From: Leptospira sp.
GTDB taxonomy: Bacteria; Spirochaetota; Leptospiria; Leptospirales; Leptospiraceae
Length of the DNA: 64,000 nucleotides
Assembly (NCBI GenBank): GCA_034439575.1
Contig: JAWXAQ010000033.1
Span: 128,001-192,000, forward strand
Reading direction: 5' to 3'
Shown: positions 9,435-18,516 of the stretch, in pieces
Position numbering within the stretch: position 1 is the first letter of the stretch
How the letters are laid out: each line of letters starts with the position of its first letter
Translations under genes and position numbers: made by a program
Notes under the pieces: generated by a model
Database searches by the model: none
Told to the model about the DNA's origin: nothing
The model's input: the letters and a program-made list of their open reading frames with translations, nothing else

Positions 9435-10751
9435 TTAAACTTTTCTTTGAAAATGTATCACAGATTCGCAGTGCGGTGTATGCGGATAGGGATCAATCAA
9501 AAGTGCCGAAATGGGATGATAGGAACTGAGGAATTGTTTCACATCTTCTAATTGGGAGTATGGATTACAGGATACATAAAAGATGTCTTTGGGTCCAAAC
9601 TCTTTTAGCCATTGGTTGACCTTGGATCCAGCTCCTGCACGCGGGGGATCAAGGATTAGAACTCCGTCAAGATCAGGCACAAGGCCTGATAGGTCTTGGA
9701 ATAAATTCACAACCGATGCTTCAATTTGTGCTTTTGGAAATCTTTTTAATAATCCATTTTTTGCAATTTGTATAGAAGAAGGCGTTTGCTCATAACAACG
9801 AATCGTCGAAAAGTCTGATCCAAGTAGAATCGAAAAAAAACCGTTTCCGCAGAACAAATCGGTAAATGTAGATTTGTTTTCGGGTAATTTATTTTCTATG
9901 AATTGAATGATGGGTAAAAAACCCAATGGGTTTGGTTGAAAAAAAGAATCAAAAGGGATTTCAAAATTGATTCCTGATATCGTTTCCAAAAATGTTTCTT
10001 TTCCTCTCAGGATTTCCGAACGCCCCATCGCCGACACTTCCGATTTTACTCTGTTATAGCAAAGGATGATATTATTGGCGGTTAAATATTTGAGGGTTAA
10101 TTCTTTGAAGGATTGAAAATCGGCCTGGTTTTGGAATCCTTCCGTAAAAGTTAATATACTAATATTATCATCCGTAAATATTGATTTTCGAATAGTAATG
10201 TATTTTAGTCCTCCATTTTCACTTCTTCTGTCCCAAGGATAATGCGGAAAATCATTGATTAATTGGTTGAATTGTTTGAGTTCGAGATTGGCCCATTCTG
10301 ATTGAATTTTGCAATCTTCAATCGCAATGACCCTTCGAAAATTTCCGCGAGCTCTTAGCCCAACTGTTGGACCAGGAAAAACGCTAAAGTCCATGCGAGA
10401 TCTATAATTAAATATTTCGGAAGCCGTTATCGTTTCAAATGAAATGCCCAATTGATCCGAGAAAAGTTTTATGATAGGTTCAAATTTTAAATTACATTGT
10501 TGGAGGTAAGGTATGTGTTGGCCAGCACAGCCACCACACTCTGTAAAATGATCACATTTAACTTCTGAACGTGATACTTTTTCAATGAAATCGACTAGAC
10601 GATAACGACCTGGTCTTGATTTTTTTTTAATGAGTTCAACAGAAACCACATCACCAGGTAAAGTATATGGATAAGATATGGATCTTCCGTTAGGTGATAT
10701 TCCAACACCTAGGAATTCGTTTGTCAAGGAATGAATCTGAATTTGTTCCAA
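9435..10751 (-). CDS. rlmD: 23S rRNA (uracil-5)-methyltransferase, RlmD/RumA family
   Basis: TRAM-like N-terminus, CDHFTECGGC Fe-S motif, SFFQPN, DLFCGNG, LDPPRAG, YVSCNP and PHTPHCE. Confidence 0.85.
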   Translation of the reverse strand: MEQIQIHSLTNEFLGVGISPNGRSISYPYTLPGDVVSVELIKKKSRPGRYRLVDFIEKVSRSEVKCDHFTECGGCAGQHIPYLQQCNLKFEPIIKLFSDQLGISFETITASEIFNYRSRMDFSVFPGPTVGLRARGNFRRVIAIEDCKIQSEWANLELKQFNQLINDFPHYPWDRRSENGGLKYITIRKSIFTDDNISILTFTEGFQNQADFQSFKELTLKYLTANNIILCYNRVKSEVSAMGRSEILRGKETFLETISGINFEIPFDSFFQPNPLGFLPIIQFIENKLPENKSTFTDLFCGNGFFSILLGSDFSTIRCYEQTPSSIQIAKNGLLKRFPKAQIEASVVNLFQDLSGLVPDLDGVLILDPPRAGAGSKVNQWLKEFGPKDIFYVSCNPYSQLEDVKQFLSSYHPISALLIDPYPHTPHCESVIHFQRKV

Positions 10752-10797
10752 TGTTTTATTCTTGCCAATGATTCTAGTTTTTTATACAGTTTCTCAC

Positions 10798-12852
10798 ATG
10801 GTTTCAAAGTATAGGCCCTTTTTTATTTGTTTTACAATCCCACTATTTTTTGTTTCGCTTCAGAATTTATCTGCACAAGTTCTATTCACGAAGCAAATAT
10901 TAGATTTAAGGTCCGAAACTAGTTTCGGATCCCCAGGGCAAAAATGGAGCTTTCGACCTGGTGATTCACCGCTCGTTACTACTAATCTTCCAAATGATGA
11001 AGACGATGATCCTGAATTTGAAGAAGTTCATCCGCTTCAATTTTCCAATGCGATGCCCATTTTATCCGATGAAGTTCGAACCGGTTGGATTTCTGGATTT
11101 GCCATACAATCTTCCTGGGATAAAGTGAAGGATGGTGATGGTGAAATTTATTTTCCCGATTTTAATGAATTCAAATCAAAATACAAGGGCTATGCTTGGT
11201 ATAGAACAGAGATTAATATAAGTAAAGAAGACATTAAATCAAAATTTAAGTCTCGTTATCTGACACTAAGGCTCGGGCAAATTAGTCAGGCGGATGCTAT
11301 TTATTGGAATGGTCATTTTATTGGAAGTACAGGTCTTTCCCTAGATACTCCACCTAATACAGAATTAGAAGATAAATCTCTCTTTTCTGATAAAACCAGA
11401 TTTTATCGCATACCTGTAGGCCAGATTCGAACTGATGAAACGAATATTCTATCCATTCGTGTTTATGCGAAGTATCCAATAAGCCCCGGTTTATCTCATG
11501 ATAAATTTTATATCTCCTCGCAAAAATATTCTGAGAGAGCAGAATATTGGAATGATTTCAAAAAAATATTTGTAATCGTACTCACATTGTTACTTGGAAG
11601 TTTTTATTTATATTGGCAATTTCTTTTTAGAAAAGATGAACATGCGACAATTTATTTTTCTCTTGGTTCTATATTCATGGCGATCAATACTTTGTTCCAA
11701 AGCCAAATCATTTATTCCATTGTAAACGATGGATTCTTTATTAAAAAAATTGAATATGGATCTTGGATCGCATTAGTTCATTTTCTATTTAATTTTGTTG
11801 TACAATTTGCGAAAGTACACAAAGGATGGATACGAAAAGCAAACTACATCGTAGATGGCTTAGGCATTATAACATTTGTAAGTGTATTTTTTATACCTGA
11901 TTTATTTTTACTCTCAAAGTTTTTCTTTTTATGGTCATTTATCACGATTATACTTGGACTTTCCCTTTGTTATATTATCTTTCTTGGTAGAAAAATTCCT
12001 TCCATGGGAACCGTTTCTTTCGGAATTTTCATAATGATTAGTTTGATACTCAATGATGTATTCGTTGAATTACAATGGGAATGGTATCCAGGTGAAACAT
12101 TTGTCAAAGATTATGCGTTTGCTGGTTTTTCAATCTCTGTAGCTTTATCAATTATTGCTAATATGGTTCAATCAAGAAAAATGGTTGAGAAACAAAAGGA
12201 AGAGAAAGATAGATTATCCAGATATTTTTCGCCTGAAGTTATGGAGACTATAGTAAATGATAGCATCAAATTAGGTGGCGAAGAAAGAGATATTGCCACT
12301 CTATTTTCAGATATCGTTGGTTTTACGACTTTTTCAGAAAAAAATCCACCAGCCGTCGTGCTTGCAAATCTAAATACAATATTTGAATCCTTATCAGAGT
12401 TAATTTTCGATTATTCTGCCACCTTAGATAAGTTTATCGGTGATGCGATTATGGCTTTTTGGGGTGCTCCTAAACGAACAGATCTAGATGCTTATAATGC
12501 TATTTCTTGCGCTGTCGAAATGCAAAAACGAATGGTTAAAATCAATGAAGACCTTGGGCTTGCTCCTGGGACTTTTCGGTTGAGAATCGGGGTTAACTTT
12601 GGTGAGGCGATCGTAGGTAATATAGGCTCTGTGCGCCGAATGGATTATACTGTGATTGGAGATGCAGTCAATACCGCGGCAAGACTTGAAAGTCATGGGG
12701 TTCCGGGTAAGGTCGCTGTCTCAGAAGCGGCTTTTCTTGCCGCAGGCGGTGATAAGTTTTTACGATATGATGAATCGAGAGAGATTCTATTAAAAGGGAA
12801 GGCAGAGCCAGTTAAGGTCTATTTTGTGAATGAGGTCTTGCCAAGAGACTAG
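10798..12852 (+). CDS. Membrane adenylate cyclase with extracytoplasmic carbohydrate-binding-like domain and 7TM region
   Basis: Signal peptide, jelly-roll-like motifs (GYAWYR, IYWNG), ~7 TM helices, then LFSDIVGFT, DKFIGDAIM and YTVIGDAVNTAARLE. Start uncertain (10762, 10768 or 10798). Confidence 0.85.
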   Translation: MVSKYRPFFICFTIPLFFVSLQNLSAQVLFTKQILDLRSETSFGSPGQKWSFRPGDSPLVTTNLPNDEDDDPEFEEVHPLQFSNAMPILSDEVRTGWISGFAIQSSWDKVKDGDGEIYFPDFNEFKSKYKGYAWYRTEINISKEDIKSKFKSRYLTLRLGQISQADAIYWNGHFIGSTGLSLDTPPNTELEDKSLFSDKTRFYRIPVGQIRTDETNILSIRVYAKYPISPGLSHDKFYISSQKYSERAEYWNDFKKIFVIVLTLLLGSFYLYWQFLFRKDEHATIYFSLGSIFMAINTLFQSQIIYSIVNDGFFIKKIEYGSWIALVHFLFNFVVQFAKVHKGWIRKANYIVDGLGIITFVSVFFIPDLFLLSKFFFLWSFITIILGLSLCYIIFLGRKIPSMGTVSFGIFIMISLILNDVFVELQWEWYPGETFVKDYAFAGFSISVALSIIANMVQSRKMVEKQKEEKDRLSRYFSPEVMETIVNDSIKLGGEERDIATLFSDIVGFTTFSEKNPPAVVLANLNTIFESLSELIFDYSATLDKFIGDAIMAFWGAPKRTDLDAYNAISCAVEMQKRMVKINEDLGLAPGTFRLRIGVNFGEAIVGNIGSVRRMDYTVIGDAVNTAARLESHGVPGKVAVSEAAFLAAGGDKFLRYDESREILLKGKAEPVKVYFVNEVLPRD

Positions 12853-12881
12853 GAAGAAGTTAATTATGTCGCATTAAATTT

Positions 12882-12948
12882 GGGCTCCCCCGCCCGAGTT
12901 TGGGTGGAGGGGTGAGGATCGTGGGCGGTGCGGATTTCCCTCCTAACA
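12882..12948 (+). repeat. GC-rich REP-like dispersed hairpin element, copy 1
   Basis: GGGCTCCCCCGCCCGAGTTTGGGTGGAGGGG...GGATCGTGGG...CCTCCTAAC aligns with the reverse complement of 54131-54196. Confidence 0.75.
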
Positions 12949-13030
12949 CAAATTTCATTTTAACTCAAATCAGATTTCACTTTTTGGCTTTTTTTTGAAA
13001 AAACATTCGCTCTTCAGACTGATTTACGTC

Positions 13031-13747
13031 TCAATTTTTTTTTAACCAAAATTTCCTATTCGTTTCAGGCAATTTCTCTATCGCATAACGTAGCATAGTT
13101 CTAGGCATGGACATAGAATGTTGATTTAAAAAATTTAATAGGATTTTTTTATCACGGTTGCCGATTTCACGTAACATCCAACCTGTCGCCTTATGAATTA
13201 AATCATGTTTATGGGTAAGTAATCTCTCGCACATTTTGATCGTGTCGTCGAATTGGTTTTGACGAATAAAATAAAATGTAGACATCACTCCAATTCTATT
13301 TTCCCATAGGTCGTTGGATTTTGTTAGTTTATGAAGGAATTTGCGGTCATGATTGAAATAATAATGACCAAGAATTTTATCAGCGGAAGAATCCACCAAA
13401 TCCCAGTTATTGATTCGATGCATTTTTGAATTATACACTTTTACCAAATTCGACCTATCAATATCTGTTTTTGCAATTTTTTGATATTGATTCACCAATA
13501 AAAAAATTGCCGTTAGACGAACTTCATGATATTTGTTATCAAGTAGATTCGAAATTTCATTTTCGGAGACTATCTTATAATACTTGTTTGCGATTTTTTT
13601 TTGTTTAGGAACTGTGACTCCCATAAAAAAATCACCATGACCATATTCCCCAGGCGCTGTCTTAAAAAACCTAGGAAAAAATTCCGCTTTCTTTATATCT
13701 TTGTTTTCTAATAATTCGTTTACTATCTGTTCTTCAATTGGTATCAT
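13031..13747 (-). CDS. DNA alkylation repair protein (AlkD-like HEAT-repeat glycosylase family)
   Basis: FFKTAPGEYG, NNWDLVDSSA, LWENR and DLIHKATGWMLREIG...MPRTMLRYAIE. Confidence 0.85.
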   Translation of the reverse strand: MIPIEEQIVNELLENKDIKKAEFFPRFFKTAPGEYGHGDFFMGVTVPKQKKIANKYYKIVSENEISNLLDNKYHEVRLTAIFLLVNQYQKIAKTDIDRSNLVKVYNSKMHRINNWDLVDSSADKILGHYYFNHDRKFLHKLTKSNDLWENRIGVMSTFYFIRQNQFDDTIKMCERLLTHKHDLIHKATGWMLREIGNRDKKILLNFLNQHSMSMPRTMLRYAIEKLPETNRKFWLKKN

Positions 13748-14034
13748 GATTGTATAGTTACTGTTAGTCCTTCCGCATTCATCCCATCGTACACAGTTTC
13801 ACATTCTTCTAATGAGCCGACAAAACATATCGCCTTTCCGTTGCTATGTGCCTCCATTGCAATTCTTTTTGCTTCTCGTTTTGTTTTGTAGCATATTTTC
13901 ATAATACAATCTTCTACATGTGAAAATTCATTTATCGTATCATTGTGCAAAATTACTTTTTGAAAATAAATATTCTCACGATCGATGAGGATTTCATCTT
14001 CTATGAGGATATCTATTTTACGAATTGGGTTCAT
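13744..14034 (-). CDS. clpS: ATP-dependent Clp protease adaptor ClpS-like protein
   Basis: KVILHNDTINEFSHV...AMEAHSNGKA...GLTVTI matches the ClpS core pattern. Confidence 0.75.
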   Translation of the reverse strand: MNPIRKIDILIEDEILIDRENIYFQKVILHNDTINEFSHVEDCIMKICYKTKREAKRIAMEAHSNGKAICFVGSLEECETVYDGMNAEGLTVTIQS

Positions 14035-15536
14035 TAGAATAAACTTTCAGTATTCCCTTGTAATTTTGAAACATACTCAAGATAAGCATTCATTTTAAAT
14101 TTTTTCTTAGTGGAATCGGATGACATATAGCGTATATTTCCAAATACATTTCTTTCTGGAAACCAAGGTCTGTCAAATAGTCCAAAACACCAAAGTATGC
14201 CTGTATAAGAATTTGGATTCCGCCCATCATAGGCATATTTATTATTTAAATATTCCATAGTATTAAATGCATCTTCAAAAGAAACAGACCATTCAATTAT
14301 TTTTTTACCCCATAACATTCGCATATAATTATGCATACGACCTGTGATTTTCAATTCATTCTGTGCTGCATTCCAAAGGGGATCATGAGTTTTTGCGGCT
14401 TCCCAATCCGCTCGGGCATAAATATATTCTCTTTTGTCATTTACATGTTGGCTTAAATTTTTTTTGACCCAATCTGGTAAATTTTCAATCCCTATCCGAA
14501 AACCTGGATGTTTAAAGAAAAATAAATATCCGATATCTCTCCAGGTGATCAATTCATCTAAGAAATGATTAACGGAAAGTGATTTTGAAAAAAAAGTATC
14601 ACGTTCTCCAGGTTTATTATGAGAAAGAGCTTCGATATCTATGCCATCTGGATAAACAGAATCCAATACGGATTTAACTATTTCTTCTGAACTAATGTAT
14701 CCGAAGTGTAAATATGGTGATAAAGAACTTACGGATGTTATTTTTTGATCATTCGGTTTGGAACGTTCTTCTAAATAGCTGGGTAATTTTTCTTTGATGA
14801 AATCTTTTAAAAGCTTCAGAGCAATTTTTCTTCCACCTATTGTACTATCATATGGTAATACATCTGCTTCAAATGTGAATTCGTTTAAATAAGAATCCAA
14901 ATTTTCTTTGGTAATTTCGAAACTTTTGAAAGGAGGTTTCGTTCCCAAATTCGTATCCAAAAAATCATTAGAAGAATGTTTGTGTTTTGCAAATTTGAAA
15001 AAGTATTCTGGAAATTTTTTATGAATCCATACTCTTAGAATTCTTGCTGCACTTGCAAATTTTTCAAATTGTGAAAATGGAATCACAGAATTTCCATCTA
15101 CAGCTAACATTGCACATTCTATTTTTTTTGCTAATTTTTCAGATTGTTCTGGAATGATAAAACAAGGAAAGTCATCTGTGATCACAGTGCTTGCCTTATT
15201 TGCAATTTTTTTTAAAATACCAATTGCACTTTGATTTTTGTCTTCGACAAACGACCAATAGTTGATGCCTAACCTAAGAGCTTCACTACGATTCTCTATC
15301 ATACCTTCCAATATAAATTTATGAATTCTCTTAGAATTCCAAGGGTAATCTTTGCGCAAACCTTCATAGACTATCAATTCTTTCTTTTGGGATTTTGCTA
15401 AATGTAAGGCATAACTAAAAGCATGATTGGAATCAAAACGTCGATAAGCTTGCATCCAATAGAGAATATATTTGCCATTGTCGTTTACAGGTAATGAATT
15501 CAAACGGCGAATTCTTTCCTTAGGGGTATTCATCAT
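14034..15536 (-). CDS. phr: Class II CPD DNA photolyase
   Basis: ILYWM, SSLSPYLHFG, THDPLWNAAQ, GRMHNYMRMLWGKKI and YAYDGRNPNSYTGILWCFGLFDRPW are class II signatures. Confidence 0.92.
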   Translation of the reverse strand: MMNTPKERIRRLNSLPVNDNGKYILYWMQAYRRFDSNHAFSYALHLAKSQKKELIVYEGLRKDYPWNSKRIHKFILEGMIENRSEALRLGINYWSFVEDKNQSAIGILKKIANKASTVITDDFPCFIIPEQSEKLAKKIECAMLAVDGNSVIPFSQFEKFASAARILRVWIHKKFPEYFFKFAKHKHSSNDFLDTNLGTKPPFKSFEITKENLDSYLNEFTFEADVLPYDSTIGGRKIALKLLKDFIKEKLPSYLEERSKPNDQKITSVSSLSPYLHFGYISSEEIVKSVLDSVYPDGIDIEALSHNKPGERDTFFSKSLSVNHFLDELITWRDIGYLFFFKHPGFRIGIENLPDWVKKNLSQHVNDKREYIYARADWEAAKTHDPLWNAAQNELKITGRMHNYMRMLWGKKIIEWSVSFEDAFNTMEYLNNKYAYDGRNPNSYTGILWCFGLFDRPWFPERNVFGNIRYMSSDSTKKKFKMNAYLEYVSKLQGNTESLF

Positions 15537-15754
15537 GTCTATTAGATGACAAAGAATTGAGTTCTTGAAATAAAAAGTAAATTAAAGTATTGTTTAGATA
15601 AACGAGCAAAATGCTCATATTATATACAATATGCCTTTTGAATCTGGAAATTGTGTGTGAACGATAATTTAATTTTCCATGCTAATTGGGCAGAATGAAG
15701 GCTTTCTAAGCATTCAGATTTTTTTTTCTCTCATCTTGCCTATTTTTTACGTTT

Positions 15755-15771
15755 TAGGTACCATTCTTGCA
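15755..15771 (+). promoter_or_regulatory. Sigma54 (-24/-12) promoter of amtB-glnK
   Basis: TAGGTACCATTCTTGCA: GG at 15757-58 and GC at 15769-70 with an exact 10-nt spacer, 40 bp upstream of the amtB ATG. Confidence 0.8.
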
Positions 15772-15810
15772 AATTGGAAAGAGAAATATAAGGAAAGGAT
15801 TAATGGCAAT

Positions 15811-17202
15811 ATGAAAACACATTTCAAAAAAATAGCCCTCCTGCTCCTGGTCGCTCCGATGTTCCTTTTCGCAGATGAACCTGCAAAGGCCGTAGACCCA
15901 GTTGCAGAAAAACTCGCAGCAATTGACACTCTCAAAGTAGGACTTGACACATTATGGGTGCTAGTTGCTGGAATGCTAGTGTTCTTTATGAACGCAGGTT
16001 TCGCATTAGTAGAATCTGGATTCTGTCAGGCAAAAAATACAGTAAATATCCTCGCGAAAAACTTTGTCGTTTTTGCAGCGGCAACTTTTTCATATTGGGC
16101 AATTGGTTGGGGACTTATGTTCGGTGATGGTTCAAGTCCATACCTAGCTACTGAAGGTTTGTTCTTTCTTGGTGGCGCCGACAACTCTCCGTTAACTGGA
16201 GATGCATATGCTGGGGTTTATTCGTCTATGAATTGGACGGGTGTTCCATTGCTTGCGAAATTTTTCTTTCAGTTAGTATTTGCTGCGACTGCCGCAACGA
16301 TTGTTTCTGGAGCTGTAGCTGAAAGAATTAAATTTCATTCATTTTTGATCTTCTCTTTTATCCTGGTCGCTTTTATGTATCCATTTACTGGTCATTGGGT
16401 ATGGGGTGGTGGATGGCTTGCAGGTCTTGGATTTCATGACTTTGCTGGCTCTACTGTTGTGCACTCTGTTGGTGGATGGGCAGCACTTGCAGGAGCAATT
16501 GTTCTTGGCGCCAGGAAAGGAAAATTTCTTCCAGATGGCCGAATTAAACCGATACTCGGACATAACATGACTTCTGCGGCACTTGGAACTTTGATTCTTT
16601 GGCTCGGTTGGTTTGGATTTAACCCTGGTTCTACGATGGGTGTTGGTGATGGATCTGTCATGTCTCATGTGATCGTGACTACGAATATTTCAGCCGCCAT
16701 GGGAGCACTCGCTTCAACGATTACAGCATGGATCATTCTCAAAAAACCTGATCTTGGTATGATTCTTAATGGTACACTTGCGGGTCTTGTAGGAATTACT
16801 GCTCCATGTGCGATTGTTAGTCCTGCTTCGGCAGCGATTATTGGAACTATCTCAGGTGTGTTAGTTGTTCTTTCAGTACTTTTCTTTGATAAAATGAAAA
16901 TTGATGACCCAGTCGGTGCTACTTCCGTTCACTTAGTTTGCGGGATTTGGGGAACATTAGCAGTTGCTATATTTGGTTATGAAGGTTCACCTGCTGGTGT
17001 TGCCGTTCCATCAATTATGACTCAAATTTATGGAATCTTAGCCATCGGTGGTGTTACATTTGGTGTTTCTATGTTGCTCTGGACAGGACTTAAGTTTGCT
17101 GGTGGAATCAGAGTTAGTGAAGAAGAAGAAGTTACCGGTCTTGACCTTGGGGAACATGGTGCGGAAGCATACCCTGATTTTAACATTCGGGTACATGGTT
17201 AA
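15811..17202 (+). CDS. amtB: Ammonium transporter AmtB
   Basis: FFMNAGFALVE, FFQLVFA, DFAGSTVVH, LWLGWFGFNPGS and DDPVGATSVH. ATG at 15811 follows AGGA and lies downstream of the sigma54 site, so the track start 15679 is rejected. Confidence 0.95.
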   Translation: MKTHFKKIALLLLVAPMFLFADEPAKAVDPVAEKLAAIDTLKVGLDTLWVLVAGMLVFFMNAGFALVESGFCQAKNTVNILAKNFVVFAAATFSYWAIGWGLMFGDGSSPYLATEGLFFLGGADNSPLTGDAYAGVYSSMNWTGVPLLAKFFFQLVFAATAATIVSGAVAERIKFHSFLIFSFILVAFMYPFTGHWVWGGGWLAGLGFHDFAGSTVVHSVGGWAALAGAIVLGARKGKFLPDGRIKPILGHNMTSAALGTLILWLGWFGFNPGSTMGVGDGSVMSHVIVTTNISAAMGALASTITAWIILKKPDLGMILNGTLAGLVGITAPCAIVSPASAAIIGTISGVLVVLSVLFFDKMKIDDPVGATSVHLVCGIWGTLAVAIFGYEGSPAGVAVPSIMTQIYGILAIGGVTFGVSMLLWTGLKFAGGIRVSEEEEVTGLDLGEHGAEAYPDFNIRVHG

Positions 17203-17223
17203 TAGGTAAGGAGTAAAAATATT

Positions 17224-17568
17224 ATGAAGATGATCATTGCAATCATTCAACCGCATAAACTTGAAGAAGTGAAAGCGGAACTCACAAAAAACGAGATCTA
17301 TCGTTTAACAGTTTCTGATGTTCAAGGTTATGGCCAGCAGAAGGGTAAAACTGAAGTATTTCGTGGACACGAATATACTGTAAACCTACTAAGAAAAGTT
17401 AGGCTAGAAATTGCAGTAAATGATGAGTTCGTAAAGCCGACAGTAGATGCTATCCTTAAGGCAGCTAAAAACGGTGATGGTAAAATCGGAGACGGTAAAA
17501 TCTTCGTTATGCCATTGGAAGAAGTCATTCGAATCAGAACAGGTGAGAAGGGCAAAAGCGCCATCTAA
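17224..17568 (+). CDS. glnK: PII nitrogen regulatory protein
   Basis: AIIQPHKLEEVK, GYGQQKG T-loop with RGHEY, GKIGDGKIFV; adjacent to amtB. Confidence 0.93.
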   Translation: MKMIIAIIQPHKLEEVKAELTKNEIYRLTVSDVQGYGQQKGKTEVFRGHEYTVNLLRKVRLEIAVNDEFVKPTVDAILKAAKNGDGKIGDGKIFVMPLEEVIRIRTGEKGKSAI

Positions 17569-17598
17569 GCAAATTCCTTACATTTTTAGGAAAATCGG

Positions 17599-17639
17599 AA
17601 ACGCAAGATTCTTCAATGGGAAGGGTCTTGCGTTTTTTT
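17599..17639 (+). terminator. Rho-independent terminator of amtB-glnK
   Basis: AAACGCAAGATTCTTC-loop-GAAGGGTCTTGCGTTT stem followed by a T-run. Confidence 0.8.
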
Positions 17640-17706
17640 ATAGGTAATTTCCGCATATGTGGATTTCCGCCATTGAATCAAAATTTCATTATGCAATAAT
17701 ACTTTT

Positions 17707-18474
17707 ATGAAAATTGATTTTTTGCCTTATCCAGTCCAAATTCTTTTGATTAGCCTTACTTTACATCTAATTGGCAACTTGAATCTTTTTGCAGATTCCA
17801 CTCAAATGACTTTTGGAAATGCTTCCACATTGAGTCCTTCCACAAGGTCTATCTTATATGAATACGATAAAAAAGAGTCCTATTTGTTTGATGACAAACG
17901 ATTGGACCGAACATCCTATCCTATTGTGCAAACAAACATTAGTCTTTATTCCGGATGGTATTCCTTCCATGCCATAATATATGACGGTTCTAAAATTCAA
18001 TATTCAACGAGGGGCGAAAACGGGCGATACCAAAATTGTTATGGTGATGTTTGCCTTATATTAACAGATCGAAATATACTTGGTATCAGTAACTATGCAA
18101 CTGATTGGAGTAAAACTTCCTTTTATAATGAAGAATTATTTAAAACTAAATTCGGAAATAAAGCCGCCTTTGTCATCACCGAAAGAAGTGTTTATTTGTA
18201 CAATGGGTATTTGAATGAATGGACAAGGATAGGTTTGGAATCAGAGAGTGTAACGGGCGTCAGTAATAAAAATGATTTAGCGGTTATAGTAACTTCCAAA
18301 CGAATTTTTTACTTTAATTTAGTGGATGATGTTTTAAATGAAATTAGTGTGATCGCAAAACCCATTTATCGATATGAAATCAAAGAAGATACCATCGAAT
18401 GTTTTAGTTACGATCGAGTATTTCATTACCAAGGAAAAACAAATCAAATATCGGAATTCAGATTGGACAATTGA
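17707..18474 (+). CDS. Exported hypothetical protein with internal beta-strand repeats
   Basis: 255-aa ORF with a signal-peptide-like N-terminus ending in NLFA and a repeated hhhT-x-R-x-hhh motif. Confidence 0.65.
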   Translation: MKIDFLPYPVQILLISLTLHLIGNLNLFADSTQMTFGNASTLSPSTRSILYEYDKKESYLFDDKRLDRTSYPIVQTNISLYSGWYSFHAIIYDGSKIQYSTRGENGRYQNCYGDVCLILTDRNILGISNYATDWSKTSFYNEELFKTKFGNKAAFVITERSVYLYNGYLNEWTRIGLESESVTGVSNKNDLAVIVTSKRIFYFNLVDDVLNEISVIAKPIYRYEIKEDTIECFSYDRVFHYQGKTNQISEFRLDN

Positions 18475-18516
18475 TCAGCGATTAAATTTTAAAATTGATT
18501 AACAGGCGCTAATAAA

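Noticed and set aside
15679-15810. N-terminal extension of AmtB in the ORF track
   Set aside because: It spans the sigma54 promoter. The ATG at 15811 has a ribosome-binding site and begins a signal-peptide-like sequence.
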